Below are positions 35,633 through 42,920 of a DNA stretch of 42,920 bases, one piece after another (within the stretch, counting starts at the first letter, position 1; each line of letters starts with the position of its first letter). Origin of the DNA: a virus. Where the stretch lies: positions 1-42,920 of the IMG/VR virus record IMGVR_UViG_3300045988_025922, one strand, 5' to 3'. Both the position numbers and the translations under genes were made by a program. The notes below the pieces were generated by a model, which was not told where the DNA came from, ran no database searches, and saw only the letters and a program-made list of their open reading frames with translations.

Positions 35633-36137
35633 TAACAAAGATTACAAACCCGCCGACCACGACCGTTGGCGGGCGTTGACAGTAAAACAGCCGTATGCAA
35701 CCAATTTGGTTACGGCGGCTTATGAGTTGGACGGACATACATACGGCGTTAAGTCGATAGAGGTACGGAGCAAATCCACGACGTACCGGGGCGACATAAT
35801 GGTTTGTTCGTCCGCCAAACCCGAAATTGCCGGATTAGAAAGCGGCGTAACATTGGGTTTGTGTGAGTTGTACGACGTTAAGCCCGTCGCCGAGTTCACC
35901 CCGGAAGATTGGGCGAATACCCGGATACCGGAGGAAAAACGCAAGTTCATAACAAAGGGTTACGGGTGGTTGATGCGGAACCCCCGCCGGGTTGTTGAAT
36001 TTCCGATAAAGGGGCAATTGGGGATTTATAATTTGGTTTATACCAAAGGGGTTATTGTCGAATATCCAACGGCAATGGTTATGGATAAAGAGGGTTACGA
36101 ATTAGCAAAAAAACAAGCCAATGAAAACAAAGATTGA
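35622..36137 (+). CDS. ASCH (PUA-like) domain protein
   Basis: The start is at ATG 35622 (MQFDNKDYK). WRALTVKQPYATNLV...KSIEVRSKSTTYRGDIMVCSS fits the ASCH beta-barrel pattern. Confidence 0.55.
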   Translation: MQFDNKDYKPADHDRWRALTVKQPYATNLVTAAYELDGHTYGVKSIEVRSKSTTYRGDIMVCSSAKPEIAGLESGVTLGLCELYDVKPVAEFTPEDWANTRIPEEKRKFITKGYGWLMRNPRRVVEFPIKGQLGIYNLVYTKGVIVEYPTAMVMDKEGYELAKKQANENKD

Positions 36138-36498
36138 CCCGCAGGAAAAGCGGGACGCCGCCCGGTATAAAGTAATTGCGACCGGGCAAAAAATAAAAGC
36201 CGTAAATGTGGCGTACGGTACATATAAGGACATAAAAACCGGACAACGGTATATGTTCGACGAAATCGAATATTTGGGCGAACGTCGCCACATGGTGCAA
36301 ATTAGGTTCCATATTTGGCGGTTCGGTTTGTGCCTGTATTGCCGGGAATATCTTAAATATAACAGTTGGTTTATATTCCCCGGCGTTACCGTCGATGCGG
36401 TCAACGGTTACGACCGTTATTTGGACGTGGAATTGAAAGCGTTGTTTGTTGGGGTCGGTATCCGGTTTATATGGATAAAACGAAAGGGCAAACGATGA
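36121..36498 (+). CDS. hypothetical protein
   Basis: 125-aa ORF overlapping its neighbours by 17 nt and by ATGA. Confidence 0.5.
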   Translation: MKTKIDPQEKRDAARYKVIATGQKIKAVNVAYGTYKDIKTGQRYMFDEIEYLGERRHMVQIRFHIWRFGLCLYCREYLKYNSWFIFPGVTVDAVNGYDRYLDVELKALFVGVGIRFIWIKRKGKR

Positions 36499-36791
36499 AA
36501 ATACGTGCAATTTTGCTATCTTTGGCAACGGTATTGTTGTTGTCATGTAGCGCAACGGACGACATACAAAGTTATTCATTAAAAAACGAGGCGATGAACA
36601 CAGAAACCAAAGTAGTAAGCAACGAAGTTGCGGGCGTTATTCAGACCAACGCCGCCGAATACAATTGCGAAATCATGGAAACCGCATTGTCGGCGGGCGG
36701 ATTTATCCGTATTACCGTACAGGGAACCCCGGAAGATTTGGAACGACTTTTTGCGTTTGCCAATGAGAGTACAGGAACCGAAACCGTTTGA
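36495..36791 (+). CDS. lipoprotein
   Basis: MKIRAILLSLATVLLLSC: a signal peptide with a lipobox Cys. The start is at ATG 36495, inside track ORF 36366..36791. Confidence 0.65.
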   Translation: MKIRAILLSLATVLLLSCSATDDIQSYSLKNEAMNTETKVVSNEVAGVIQTNAAEYNCEIMETALSAGGFIRITVQGTPEDLERLFAFANESTGTETV

Positions 36792-37137
36792 CCCGGAACG
36801 GGAATATAAGCCGGGCGAACGGTGCGTTTATCGTGGTATGGTTTTAATTGCCGAAATATGGACGGCGGCGGATGCACGATTGGCGAACAATAGCCCGGCA
36901 ATATTTACCCAACGTTGCGTCCGGTGCAAAATCAAACGGGAAGATTGCCCCAGTATCGGTCGCCAATGCGATAAATTCCACAGGACGGATAAACGGACAA
37001 TTTATTGGCGAATGTTACGGATTGTTGGAGGTTTTAAGGGCGTCGAAACGTTGGAATTTAAGAGGAACGGAACAATTGCCGGGGTAAGGATTGAAGCCGC
37101 CCCGGATAGTATTAACAGTAAAAATAAAGAGCGATGA
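36763..37137 (+). CDS. hypothetical Cys-rich protein
   Basis: The start is chosen at ATG 36763 (MRVQEPKPFDPE). 124 aa. Confidence 0.45.
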   Translation: MRVQEPKPFDPEREYKPGERCVYRGMVLIAEIWTAADARLANNSPAIFTQRCVRCKIKREDCPSIGRQCDKFHRTDKRTIYWRMLRIVGGFKGVETLEFKRNGTIAGVRIEAAPDSINSKNKER

Positions 37138-38081
37138 AAAAATTAACCCCTTTTGATGCGGAATGTATCCGTATGATTGCGGACATTACACACGTCGAAC
37201 CGCAAGTTGAGCAAAAAGACGGACGTATTTACGGTTGCAGTTATGTTGGGAACCGTGCCAACCGAAACAATACAGGCGTTGCAAAACGCCATTATCGGGC
37301 GATTGGGCGAACGGTTGAAGTTACACGGAACAACCGACGACCAATTGATTTTTACGATTGCAACGACCCGGAGGGCGAAACGTTGCCCGATATGTTGGGC
37401 GGCGATGTTATCGAAATCGACCCCAACGCCGGAACCCGGTATTGTCGTACACTCAAAGAAATAAACGCAATACAGGTTGACCGGGACAACGTGGAGGAAT
37501 TGCAACGATTTACGGGCGGCGGTTCTATGACAATACCACGTATTCCCGGCGGCATTGGGATATATTCGTTTATCAGCGATAACGGGTTGTCAATCGACGT
37601 GCCGGAAACGTGGTACATTATCCGAGAGGACAACGGCAAATTTTCCAAGTATCCAAACAGGGATTTTAACAAAGAATTTGAGCCGAAAGAATTTGAACGT
37701 TGCGAGAATTGCGAAACGAACGTTGAAACCGAAAAGATGTTGCACGACCGGGAGGGCGTACCACTTTGCCCGGAGTGCGTCGAGGCATTAAGCGGCGACC
37801 CGGAATTTGAATTGGTTGGAGTTCTGAAAATAAAAGAGGAACGGGAAAGCCAAGTTTATGAACACGGGTACGATGTTACCCACGACCGCAATAACAACAA
37901 ACACGGGGAAATAAAACAAGCCGTCGCCGCAATATTGAACGACGATTTGGATTTGTTCGCCCGGACGGGTTGGGATTATGAGTTTTACCACCATATCAAA
38001 GCGAAACCCGAATTGGAACAATTGGCAATATGCGGCGCATTGGTAGCCGCCGAGATAGACAGATTAACCACTAAAAAATAA
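37134..38081 (+). CDS. hypothetical protein; the C-terminal all-alpha domain resembles MazG/DUF550-type NTP pyrophosphohydrolases
   Basis: The C-terminal ...KHGEIKQAVAAILNDD...WDYEFYHHIKAKPELEQLAICGALVAAEIDRL resembles a phage NTP-PPase family from memory. The middle has CENC...CPEC. Confidence 0.35.
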   Translation: MKKLTPFDAECIRMIADITHVEPQVEQKDGRIYGCSYVGNRANRNNTGVAKRHYRAIGRTVEVTRNNRRPIDFYDCNDPEGETLPDMLGGDVIEIDPNAGTRYCRTLKEINAIQVDRDNVEELQRFTGGGSMTIPRIPGGIGIYSFISDNGLSIDVPETWYIIREDNGKFSKYPNRDFNKEFEPKEFERCENCETNVETEKMLHDREGVPLCPECVEALSGDPEFELVGVLKIKEERESQVYEHGYDVTHDRNNNKHGEIKQAVAAILNDDLDLFARTGWDYEFYHHIKAKPELEQLAICGALVAAEIDRLTTKK

Positions 38082-38088
38082 TAGAGCG

Positions 38089-38550
38089 ATGAAAAAGACA
38101 TTTGCACAAGAATTGGCGGAATTGATTAACCGCCACAGTATCGACGCCAAATTGGATTGCCCGGATTGGGTATTGGCAAATTACGTTGTTAATTCATTAA
38201 ACGCATACGGAGAGGCAAACGCAAGTAAGGGGAAAGCAACCGGACGCAAACGCCGAGTTATGGAGCCGGGCGGATTCGTCCCGGAACCGGATAACGACGA
38301 ATGCAATTGCCCGGCTTGCACTTTGCGCCGTATGTTGGGGGATGATGAACCCGTAATTAACAAACGCCCCTACAAAAAGCCGGAAGCGTTCGACGTTCCC
38401 AAAGAGATAAACGAGGTTGCTGATTTAATCCGGGAAATATTCCCCGGAACCAAAATTGAAATACACCGGGTCGAAGTGCCCCGGAGGAACCCACGGGATA
38501 AACGCCGGGGAAAGAACAAACGCAATAATGGGAAAGGAGGCAACAAATGA
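38089..38550 (+). CDS. hypothetical protein with a basic C-terminus
   Basis: 153-aa ORF with an AGAGCGATG start context. Confidence 0.55.
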   Translation: MKKTFAQELAELINRHSIDAKLDCPDWVLANYVVNSLNAYGEANASKGKATGRKRRVMEPGGFVPEPDNDECNCPACTLRRMLGDDEPVINKRPYKKPEAFDVPKEINEVADLIREIFPGTKIEIHRVEVPRRNPRDKRRGKNKRNNGKGGNK

Positions 38551-38720
38551 ACCGATACAGTATTGAAAGAACCGACGCCGAGATTGACGAACAATTGAAT
38601 AAAGCCGCCGACGGTATAAACGACGGTTCCCAATATCCCGGCATGAGTTACGAGGACGGAATACAACAATTTTGGTTGTGGCTTACAGGCGAAACCGAGG
38701 AAAAACCGTTTGAGGAATGA
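38547..38720 (+). CDS. hypothetical small protein (57 aa, below the ORF-track cutoff)
   Basis: MNRYSIERTDAEIDEQLNKAADGINDGSQYPGMSYEDGIQQFWLWLTGETEEKPFEE. ATGA overlaps at both ends fill what would otherwise be a 166-nt gap. Confidence 0.55.
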   Translation: MNRYSIERTDAEIDEQLNKAADGINDGSQYPGMSYEDGIQQFWLWLTGETEEKPFEE

Positions 38721-38974
38721 AAAGGAAAAACAATTGCCCGGACATAATCCCGGATAATATGCCGACCGGATGCGCCCCGGATAACAGACGACCGGAAAAG
38801 ATATGCGGAACGTGTCGCCATTTTAACCCGGAATTTCCGGTTAATGGGAACCCCGCCCCGGTATGTTTGGCAATAAAGCAAATGAAAGGGGGAACGGAAT
38901 ATACCAACCCCCGTGGAACGCAATCGCATTTTCGTTGCTCAAATGGGAAATACGAAAACGGTATTGGACAATAG
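38717..38974 (+). CDS. hypothetical Cys-rich protein
   Basis: 85-aa ORF. Last gene before the terminator. Confidence 0.5.
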   Translation: MKRKNNCPDIIPDNMPTGCAPDNRRPEKICGTCRHFNPEFPVNGNPAPVCLAIKQMKGGTEYTNPRGTQSHFRCSNGKYENGIGQ

Positions 38975-38975
38975 A

Positions 38976-39016
38976 GCAAAACGCCCCCGGAAAACATACC
39001 GGGGGTTTTGCTGTTT
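38976..39016 (+). terminator. intrinsic terminator at the end of the early/middle unit
   Basis: gcaaaacgcccccgg / aaaacata / ccgggggttttgc followed by tgttt. Confidence 0.75.
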
Positions 39017-39060
39017 ATAGGTAGTAGGGACGACCGGAACAATAATTGAAAGAAAAGCCC

Positions 39061-39068
39061 TATATTTG
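39061..39068 (+). promoter_or_regulatory. -7 element of a Bacteroidota-type promoter (late/packaging)
   Basis: TAtaTTTG, 45 nt after the terminator. No clear -33 TTTG at the canonical spacing. Confidence 0.5.
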
Positions 39069-39305
39069 CCGTACAATCAATTTAAACGTATAGAGATAGA
39101 CAAAGTATTGAGTAAAGAATAATAATCTCTTAAAATGGATATTCGCCGCAAATAACTTGCAAAGGGAAAGCAACGTTTTAAGGAGGAAAACAAAGGGACG
39201 GGAAAACAGAAAAGGCAGACCAACCAACGGGACGATAGAACCAAAGGACGGAAGGCGGAAAGAACGGATTTTTACCCCCTTTGTTTAAGCTAAAGAGATT
39301 TTAAA

Positions 39306-39989
39306 ATGGAAAAAATTAACAAAGGCAATCGGAGCCGAAAACCGAACGGATATAAGAAGCGAACCGAGGAACAACGTGCGTATGATATTGCGTTTTGTTC
39401 CCGTCTGTTTTTGAGGGGGTACACCTACAAAGAAATTACCGACCTATTAAATGCCGATGTTGCCGCCCGTGGGTGCGATTATTCGTTGACCCTGCAAATG
39501 GTTTATTACGATTTGCAACAAACCCTTATCGAATGGAAGCGGGAACGGTTGGATACAATCGACGATTACGTTACACGGGAATTGGCAAAGTTGGACGCAA
39601 TGGAGCAGCAAGCGTGGGAAGCGTGGGAAGCGTCCAAACAGGGGCGGCAAAAGGTTAAGGAAAGAACCAACCGGGGGCGTCCAATCAAAACGGACGCCGA
39701 GGACACGGAACCCACATATTACGGGTACGACGAAACCGCAACCGAAACGTCCGCCGGGAATCCCCGGTTTTTGGATTTACTTTTGAATATTCAGCAACGC
39801 CGGGCAAAGATGTTAGGATTTGACGCCCCGTTGAAAATAGAGATACCCGGATATAATGCCGGGACGGACGATGACAAACCCAAATACGACGTTAAGGCAA
39901 TCCCGGACGATATGTTGTTTGCGTTGGCGGACAAATTGCAATCCGCCGAGTTTCAACGCACGGTTATTGAGAAAGGAGGGGCGCAATAA
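39306..39989 (+). CDS. terS: terminase small subunit
   Basis: 227 aa. HTH-like GYTYKEITDLLN, a coiled-coil ELAKLDAMEQQAWEAWEAS, and GNPRFLDLLLNIQQRRAKMLGFDAP. It lies upstream of terL. Confidence 0.7.
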   Translation: MEKINKGNRSRKPNGYKKRTEEQRAYDIAFCSRLFLRGYTYKEITDLLNADVAARGCDYSLTLQMVYYDLQQTLIEWKRERLDTIDDYVTRELAKLDAMEQQAWEAWEASKQGRQKVKERTNRGRPIKTDAEDTEPTYYGYDETATETSAGNPRFLDLLLNIQQRRAKMLGFDAPLKIEIPGYNAGTDDDKPKYDVKAIPDDMLFALADKLQSAEFQRTVIEKGGAQ

Positions 39990-40204
39990 TGGCAAAAAGA
40001 GTAACAGCCCCCAAAAAGGGCACGACTGCCCCCGGAATCCAACACGTTTGCGGCGAATGTAAACACGGCAATTGGGTTGAGAGTTCACACAATTTGGATT
40101 GGCAGGGGAACCCGATTTGTTTAACGTGTCCGTACCAACAATACCATATCTTACGAGGTCGGAAAGCGTGTCATAATTTCAAACCAAAGGAGGGCGTACA
40201 ATGA
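39989..40204 (+). CDS. small Zn-ribbon protein between terS and terL
   Basis: CGECKHGNW...CLTCPY. TAATG and ATGA overlaps with its neighbours. Confidence 0.55.
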   Translation: MAKRVTAPKKGTTAPGIQHVCGECKHGNWVESSHNLDWQGNPICLTCPYQQYHILRGRKACHNFKPKEGVQ

Positions 40205-41754
40205 CGAACGAACAAACATTGCAGATGTACGCCGCAATAAAGAGCCAACCGGATTTGTTGGTTAAAGCCGCCGCCCGTAAACGGCTTATTAACTTTGCCC
40301 GGTATATGCAACCGGATTTGGTATTGGAGCCGTTCCACGTCGTTTATTACACGTTGTTGGATATGTTTGCACACGGGAAAATACGAAAGATGATTGTACA
40401 GCAACCGCCCCAACATGGAAAATCGGAGGGGTCAAGCCGTAAATTACCCGCATTCATGTTGGGATTAAACCCGGATACCAAAATATGTATTGGTTCGTAT
40501 GCGGCGACAATCGCACGGGATTTTAACCGGGACGTACAACGCATAATCGACACGCCCCGGTATCGTGAAATATTCCCGGATACCTATTTGAACGGTTCCA
40601 ACGTCGTAACAATGGCGAATACTTATTTACGCAATTCCGATGTTATCGAAATGGTCGGGCGTAAGGGGTCGTTGCGTGTTGTCGGTCGTGGTGGTTCGCT
40701 TACGTCAAAAACGGTTGACGTGTCGATATTGGACGACGTGTATAAGGATTACGCCGAGGGTAACAGCCCGATTGTAAGGGCGGCGGCGTGGAAATGGTAC
40801 ACAACGGTTGTTCGTACCCGCTTGCATAATGATTCGCAGGAATTAATCGTATTTACCCGTTGGCATGACGACGATTTGATTGGACGTATTGAGAAAAGCG
40901 GGGAAATAATTATTGATGTTACGAGTTGGGCGGACTTGCAAAACATACCCGCCGGGGCATGGGTTCGCATAAACTTTGAGGCATTAAAGACAGGCGAACC
41001 AACCGAGTTTGACCCCCGCCCGGTTGGGGCGGCATTATGGGACGGACGCCATAACCGTTTGAAGTTGGAAGCGCAAAAGGCATTAGACCCGGTACAATTC
41101 CAATGTTTGTATCAGGGCAACCCCGGTTCCGCCGAGGGGCGATTATATCAGCCGTTCAAAACGTGGGTTGAAAAATCCGATTACGGGCAATATATCCGGT
41201 CGGGCGCATACGTGGACGTTGCCGACGAGGGGGACGACCTTTTGTTTGCCGCAACGTATGACGTGTACAAATCCGACAACATGGTTTTCAACGAACAAAC
41301 AAAGCGAATGGAACCGTTATTGTTTGCCCTTATTACCGATATGGAAATGACGGACGAAAACACGGACGTAACAACCGTAACCGTCCCGGCGATGATAAAC
41401 CGGAACGGCACGCAAAAAGTATGGGTTGAGAGTAACAACGGCGGGGCGGGTTATGAAAAGGTTATTAAAAAGAAAATCCGGGCAATGACTGACCCGTTTT
41501 ATCAAGGCGGCAACAAGGAATCCCGGATTGTAACAGCGTCCGCAATGGTAAATCAACATATTATTATGCCGTTCGGTTGGGAAACCCGGTATAAAGCCGT
41601 GTACGACCATGTTACAACGTTCTTACGGAATTTCGATGCCAATACGCACGACGACCCGGAGGACGGATTGACCGGGATATACGAAAAGGAGATTGCGGAC
41701 GGCAATATTGCACCGTATGCACACGAACGCCGGGGCGTTAAAAAACGCAATTAA
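40201..41754 (+). CDS. terL: terminase large subunit
   Basis: Walker A-like QQPPQHGKSE, Walker B VDVSILDDV, coupling motif FTRWHDDDLIGRI, and a C-terminal RNase H-like nuclease region. Confidence 0.85.
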   Translation: MTNEQTLQMYAAIKSQPDLLVKAAARKRLINFARYMQPDLVLEPFHVVYYTLLDMFAHGKIRKMIVQQPPQHGKSEGSSRKLPAFMLGLNPDTKICIGSYAATIARDFNRDVQRIIDTPRYREIFPDTYLNGSNVVTMANTYLRNSDVIEMVGRKGSLRVVGRGGSLTSKTVDVSILDDVYKDYAEGNSPIVRAAAWKWYTTVVRTRLHNDSQELIVFTRWHDDDLIGRIEKSGEIIIDVTSWADLQNIPAGAWVRINFEALKTGEPTEFDPRPVGAALWDGRHNRLKLEAQKALDPVQFQCLYQGNPGSAEGRLYQPFKTWVEKSDYGQYIRSGAYVDVADEGDDLLFAATYDVYKSDNMVFNEQTKRMEPLLFALITDMEMTDENTDVTTVTVPAMINRNGTQKVWVESNNGGAGYEKVIKKKIRAMTDPFYQGGNKESRIVTASAMVNQHIIMPFGWETRYKAVYDHVTTFLRNFDANTHDDPEDGLTGIYEKEIADGNIAPYAHERRGVKKRN

Positions 41755-41797
41755 TAAACTTTTCGACATACGCAAGCGTTTACCAAAAAAAAGATTA

Positions 41798-41805
41798 TAT
41801 CTTTG
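41798..41805 (+). promoter_or_regulatory. -7 element of a Bacteroidota-type promoter
   Basis: TAtcTTTG in the 123-nt gap after terL. Confidence 0.5.
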
Positions 41806-41877
41806 TAGTCGATAAGGGCGGCAAAGGGTAAGCCCCCGGAAATGAAACAAAGTTTTTAACGTTAAAAAATTAAGAGT

Positions 41878-42519
41878 ATGATTTGTAAGTGTCCAGCGGC
41901 GGCGGCTTTGCCCGATGTACCCGCCATTACTTGCGCCGAAACGTTCGGTCAAGTGCAAAAAGTCGCTTTTCAGCGATTGACAAAAACCGACGGAAGCAAA
42001 AACAGTTTTACCGAAGCGGCGGCAATTACGTTGCTTGCATCATGGACGCCGAAATTGTCGGCGGCGGATGATACCAAAATTGTTGTTTCCCCGTATATCC
42101 AAGCCCCAACCGCCGAGGCGGGAGCCGCCCGAACATTCGGAGGCGGTAACGAAACGTTGGGAGGCGTTGAGGATATTATAGGGCGTGAGCCAACCCCGTT
42201 TACCGGAGTTATCCGCAAAGCCCCGCAAGCCGTTATTAAAGCACTCAAAGAAATGCAGTGCGAAAGTTGGAGCGACAATTTGGGCGTTTTCATTTTCGAC
42301 GAAAACGGAGCGATTGGAGCGATTGAGGACGAAACCACGCCCGGAACGTATTACCCGATTCCGATACGTTCGTTGTTTATCGGCGACAAAACGTTGGGAG
42401 GTTTGGAAGCCCCGGACAGCAACGCAATCCAATGGTCGTTTTTGCCGAATTGGTCGGACGATTTGGCGATTATTGCCCCGGCGTTCAATCCGCTTACCGA
42501 CCTAAAGGCAACGGCGTAA
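41878..42519 (+). CDS. virion structural protein candidate (possibly the major tail protein)
   Basis: 213-aa ORF with its own promoter-like element and an AGAGTATG start context, inserted between terL and the portal gene. Confidence 0.35.
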   Translation: MICKCPAAAALPDVPAITCAETFGQVQKVAFQRLTKTDGSKNSFTEAAAITLLASWTPKLSAADDTKIVVSPYIQAPTAEAGAARTFGGGNETLGGVEDIIGREPTPFTGVIRKAPQAVIKALKEMQCESWSDNLGVFIFDENGAIGAIEDETTPGTYYPIPIRSLFIGDKTLGGLEAPDSNAIQWSFLPNWSDDLAIIAPAFNPLTDLKATA

Positions 42520-42520
42520 T

Positions 42521-42739
42521 ATGGCGGCGAAAACAACGTTGGTTCAATTAGTTTGTCCGACGCATGAATTGAGCCAAGAATTTGAGATAAAGCACGCCGA
42601 ACGCTTGTTGCGAATGAAAAACAACGGCGGTTGGCAATTACCCAAAAACAGCGATTTTAAATTTACCAACGACAATGGGATTGAGTATAGAGGAAATAAA
42701 AAGACGGATAAAGGAGCCGAAAAAACGGGCGACGATTAG
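42521..42739 (+). CDS. hypothetical protein
   Basis: 72-aa ORF starting 2 nt after the upstream stop. Confidence 0.5.
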   Translation: MAAKTTLVQLVCPTHELSQEFEIKHAERLLRMKNNGGWQLPKNSDFKFTNDNGIEYRGNKKTDKGAEKTGDD

Positions 42740-42920
42740 CCGGGCGGTTTATCATCAAAACCGTATAAATTTCCACGCTCAAACCCGTATATCGGGATAC
42801 GACATAAACCAACCCGTTACGGACTTTTTGGCGTTTGTCGGAAACCTATTGCCGCATGATAAGTTTAAGATGTTCAAAACATTGTTCCGTTACCCCGTTA
42901 AAACAAACGAGGTAACGGGC
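42675..42920 (+). CDS. portal protein, 5' segment (continues at base 5 through the circular junction)
   Basis: ATG at 42675 is in the same frame as ATG 42870 (which is base 5). No stop intervenes. It reads MGLSIEEIKRRIKEPKKRATISRAVYHQNRINFHAQTRISGYDINQPVTDFLAFVGNLLPHDKFK-MFKTLF..., giving a portal of about 579 aa. Confidence 0.55.
   Translation, partial: MGLSIEEIKRRIKEPKKRATISRAVYHQNRINFHAQTRISGYDINQPVTDFLAFVGNLLPHDKFKMFKTLFRYPVKTNEVTG
42866..42920. repeat. second copy of the 55-bp terminal direct repeat
   Basis: Identical to bases 1-55. Confidence 0.9.

Noticed and set aside
39031-39060. -33 TTTG element for the promoter at 39061
   Set aside because: The only TTG-like sequence (attg at 39045-39048) is 12 nt from the -7 box, far from the 19-nt spacing of the other promoters. 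Only the -7 element is reported.
1-42920. tRNA, rRNA or CRISPR arrays
   Set aside because: The intergenic gaps are short and are accounted for by promoters and hairpins. I saw no cloverleaf-compatible segment and no spaced direct-repeat array.

Overview
The window is a complete, circularly closed genome of about 42.87 kb from a tailed dsDNA phage. Bases 1-55 are repeated exactly at 42866-42920. Every credible gene is on the + strand, and the long minus-strand ORFs are antisense shadows. The host is very probably a member of the Bacteroidota. Intergenic regions carry Bacteroides-type promoters (-33 TTTG, 19 nt, -7 TAnnTTTG), and most genes lack Shine-Dalgarno sequences. The genome appears to split into two transcription units. 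The late unit runs from the promoter at 39061 through terS, a Zn-ribbon gene, terL and two small structural genes to the portal gene, which crosses the circular junction. It continues through scaffold, major capsid, head-tail genes, a 1160-aa tape measure, three large distal-tail/fibre genes, holin, amidase, a spanin-like gene and an HNH gene, and ends at the hairpin at 20572. The early/middle unit runs from the promoter at 20717-20747 to the terminator at 38976. It encodes an XRE-type HTH protein, a PD-(D/E)XK nuclease, a replication initiator, RuvC, an SMC-like ATPase, a TIGR02757/DUF2400 protein, a DEDDh exonuclease, SSB, a radical-SAM enzyme, an ASCH protein and many small proteins. I saw no integrase, tRNA, CRISPR array or reverse transcriptase. 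The most notable observations are these. (1) A Spo11/Topo VI-A-like stand-alone gene is split into three ORFs by single extra bases in an A7 run and a C4 run. (2) Two more small genes are interrupted the same way, at an A5 and an A6 run. (3) A G11 tract sits in-frame inside a Zn-finger gene. (4) GATC and GGCC seem to be completely avoided. (5) A module of about 105 aa is repeated five times across two tail genes, one of which ends in an SGNH esterase domain. (6) A start-codon context, AGAGCGATG or AGAGTATG, recurs together with a family of CCGGGGG/CCCCCGG hairpins and an exactly duplicated 39-bp promoter. All product calls rest on motifs read by eye and on synteny. No database search was possible.
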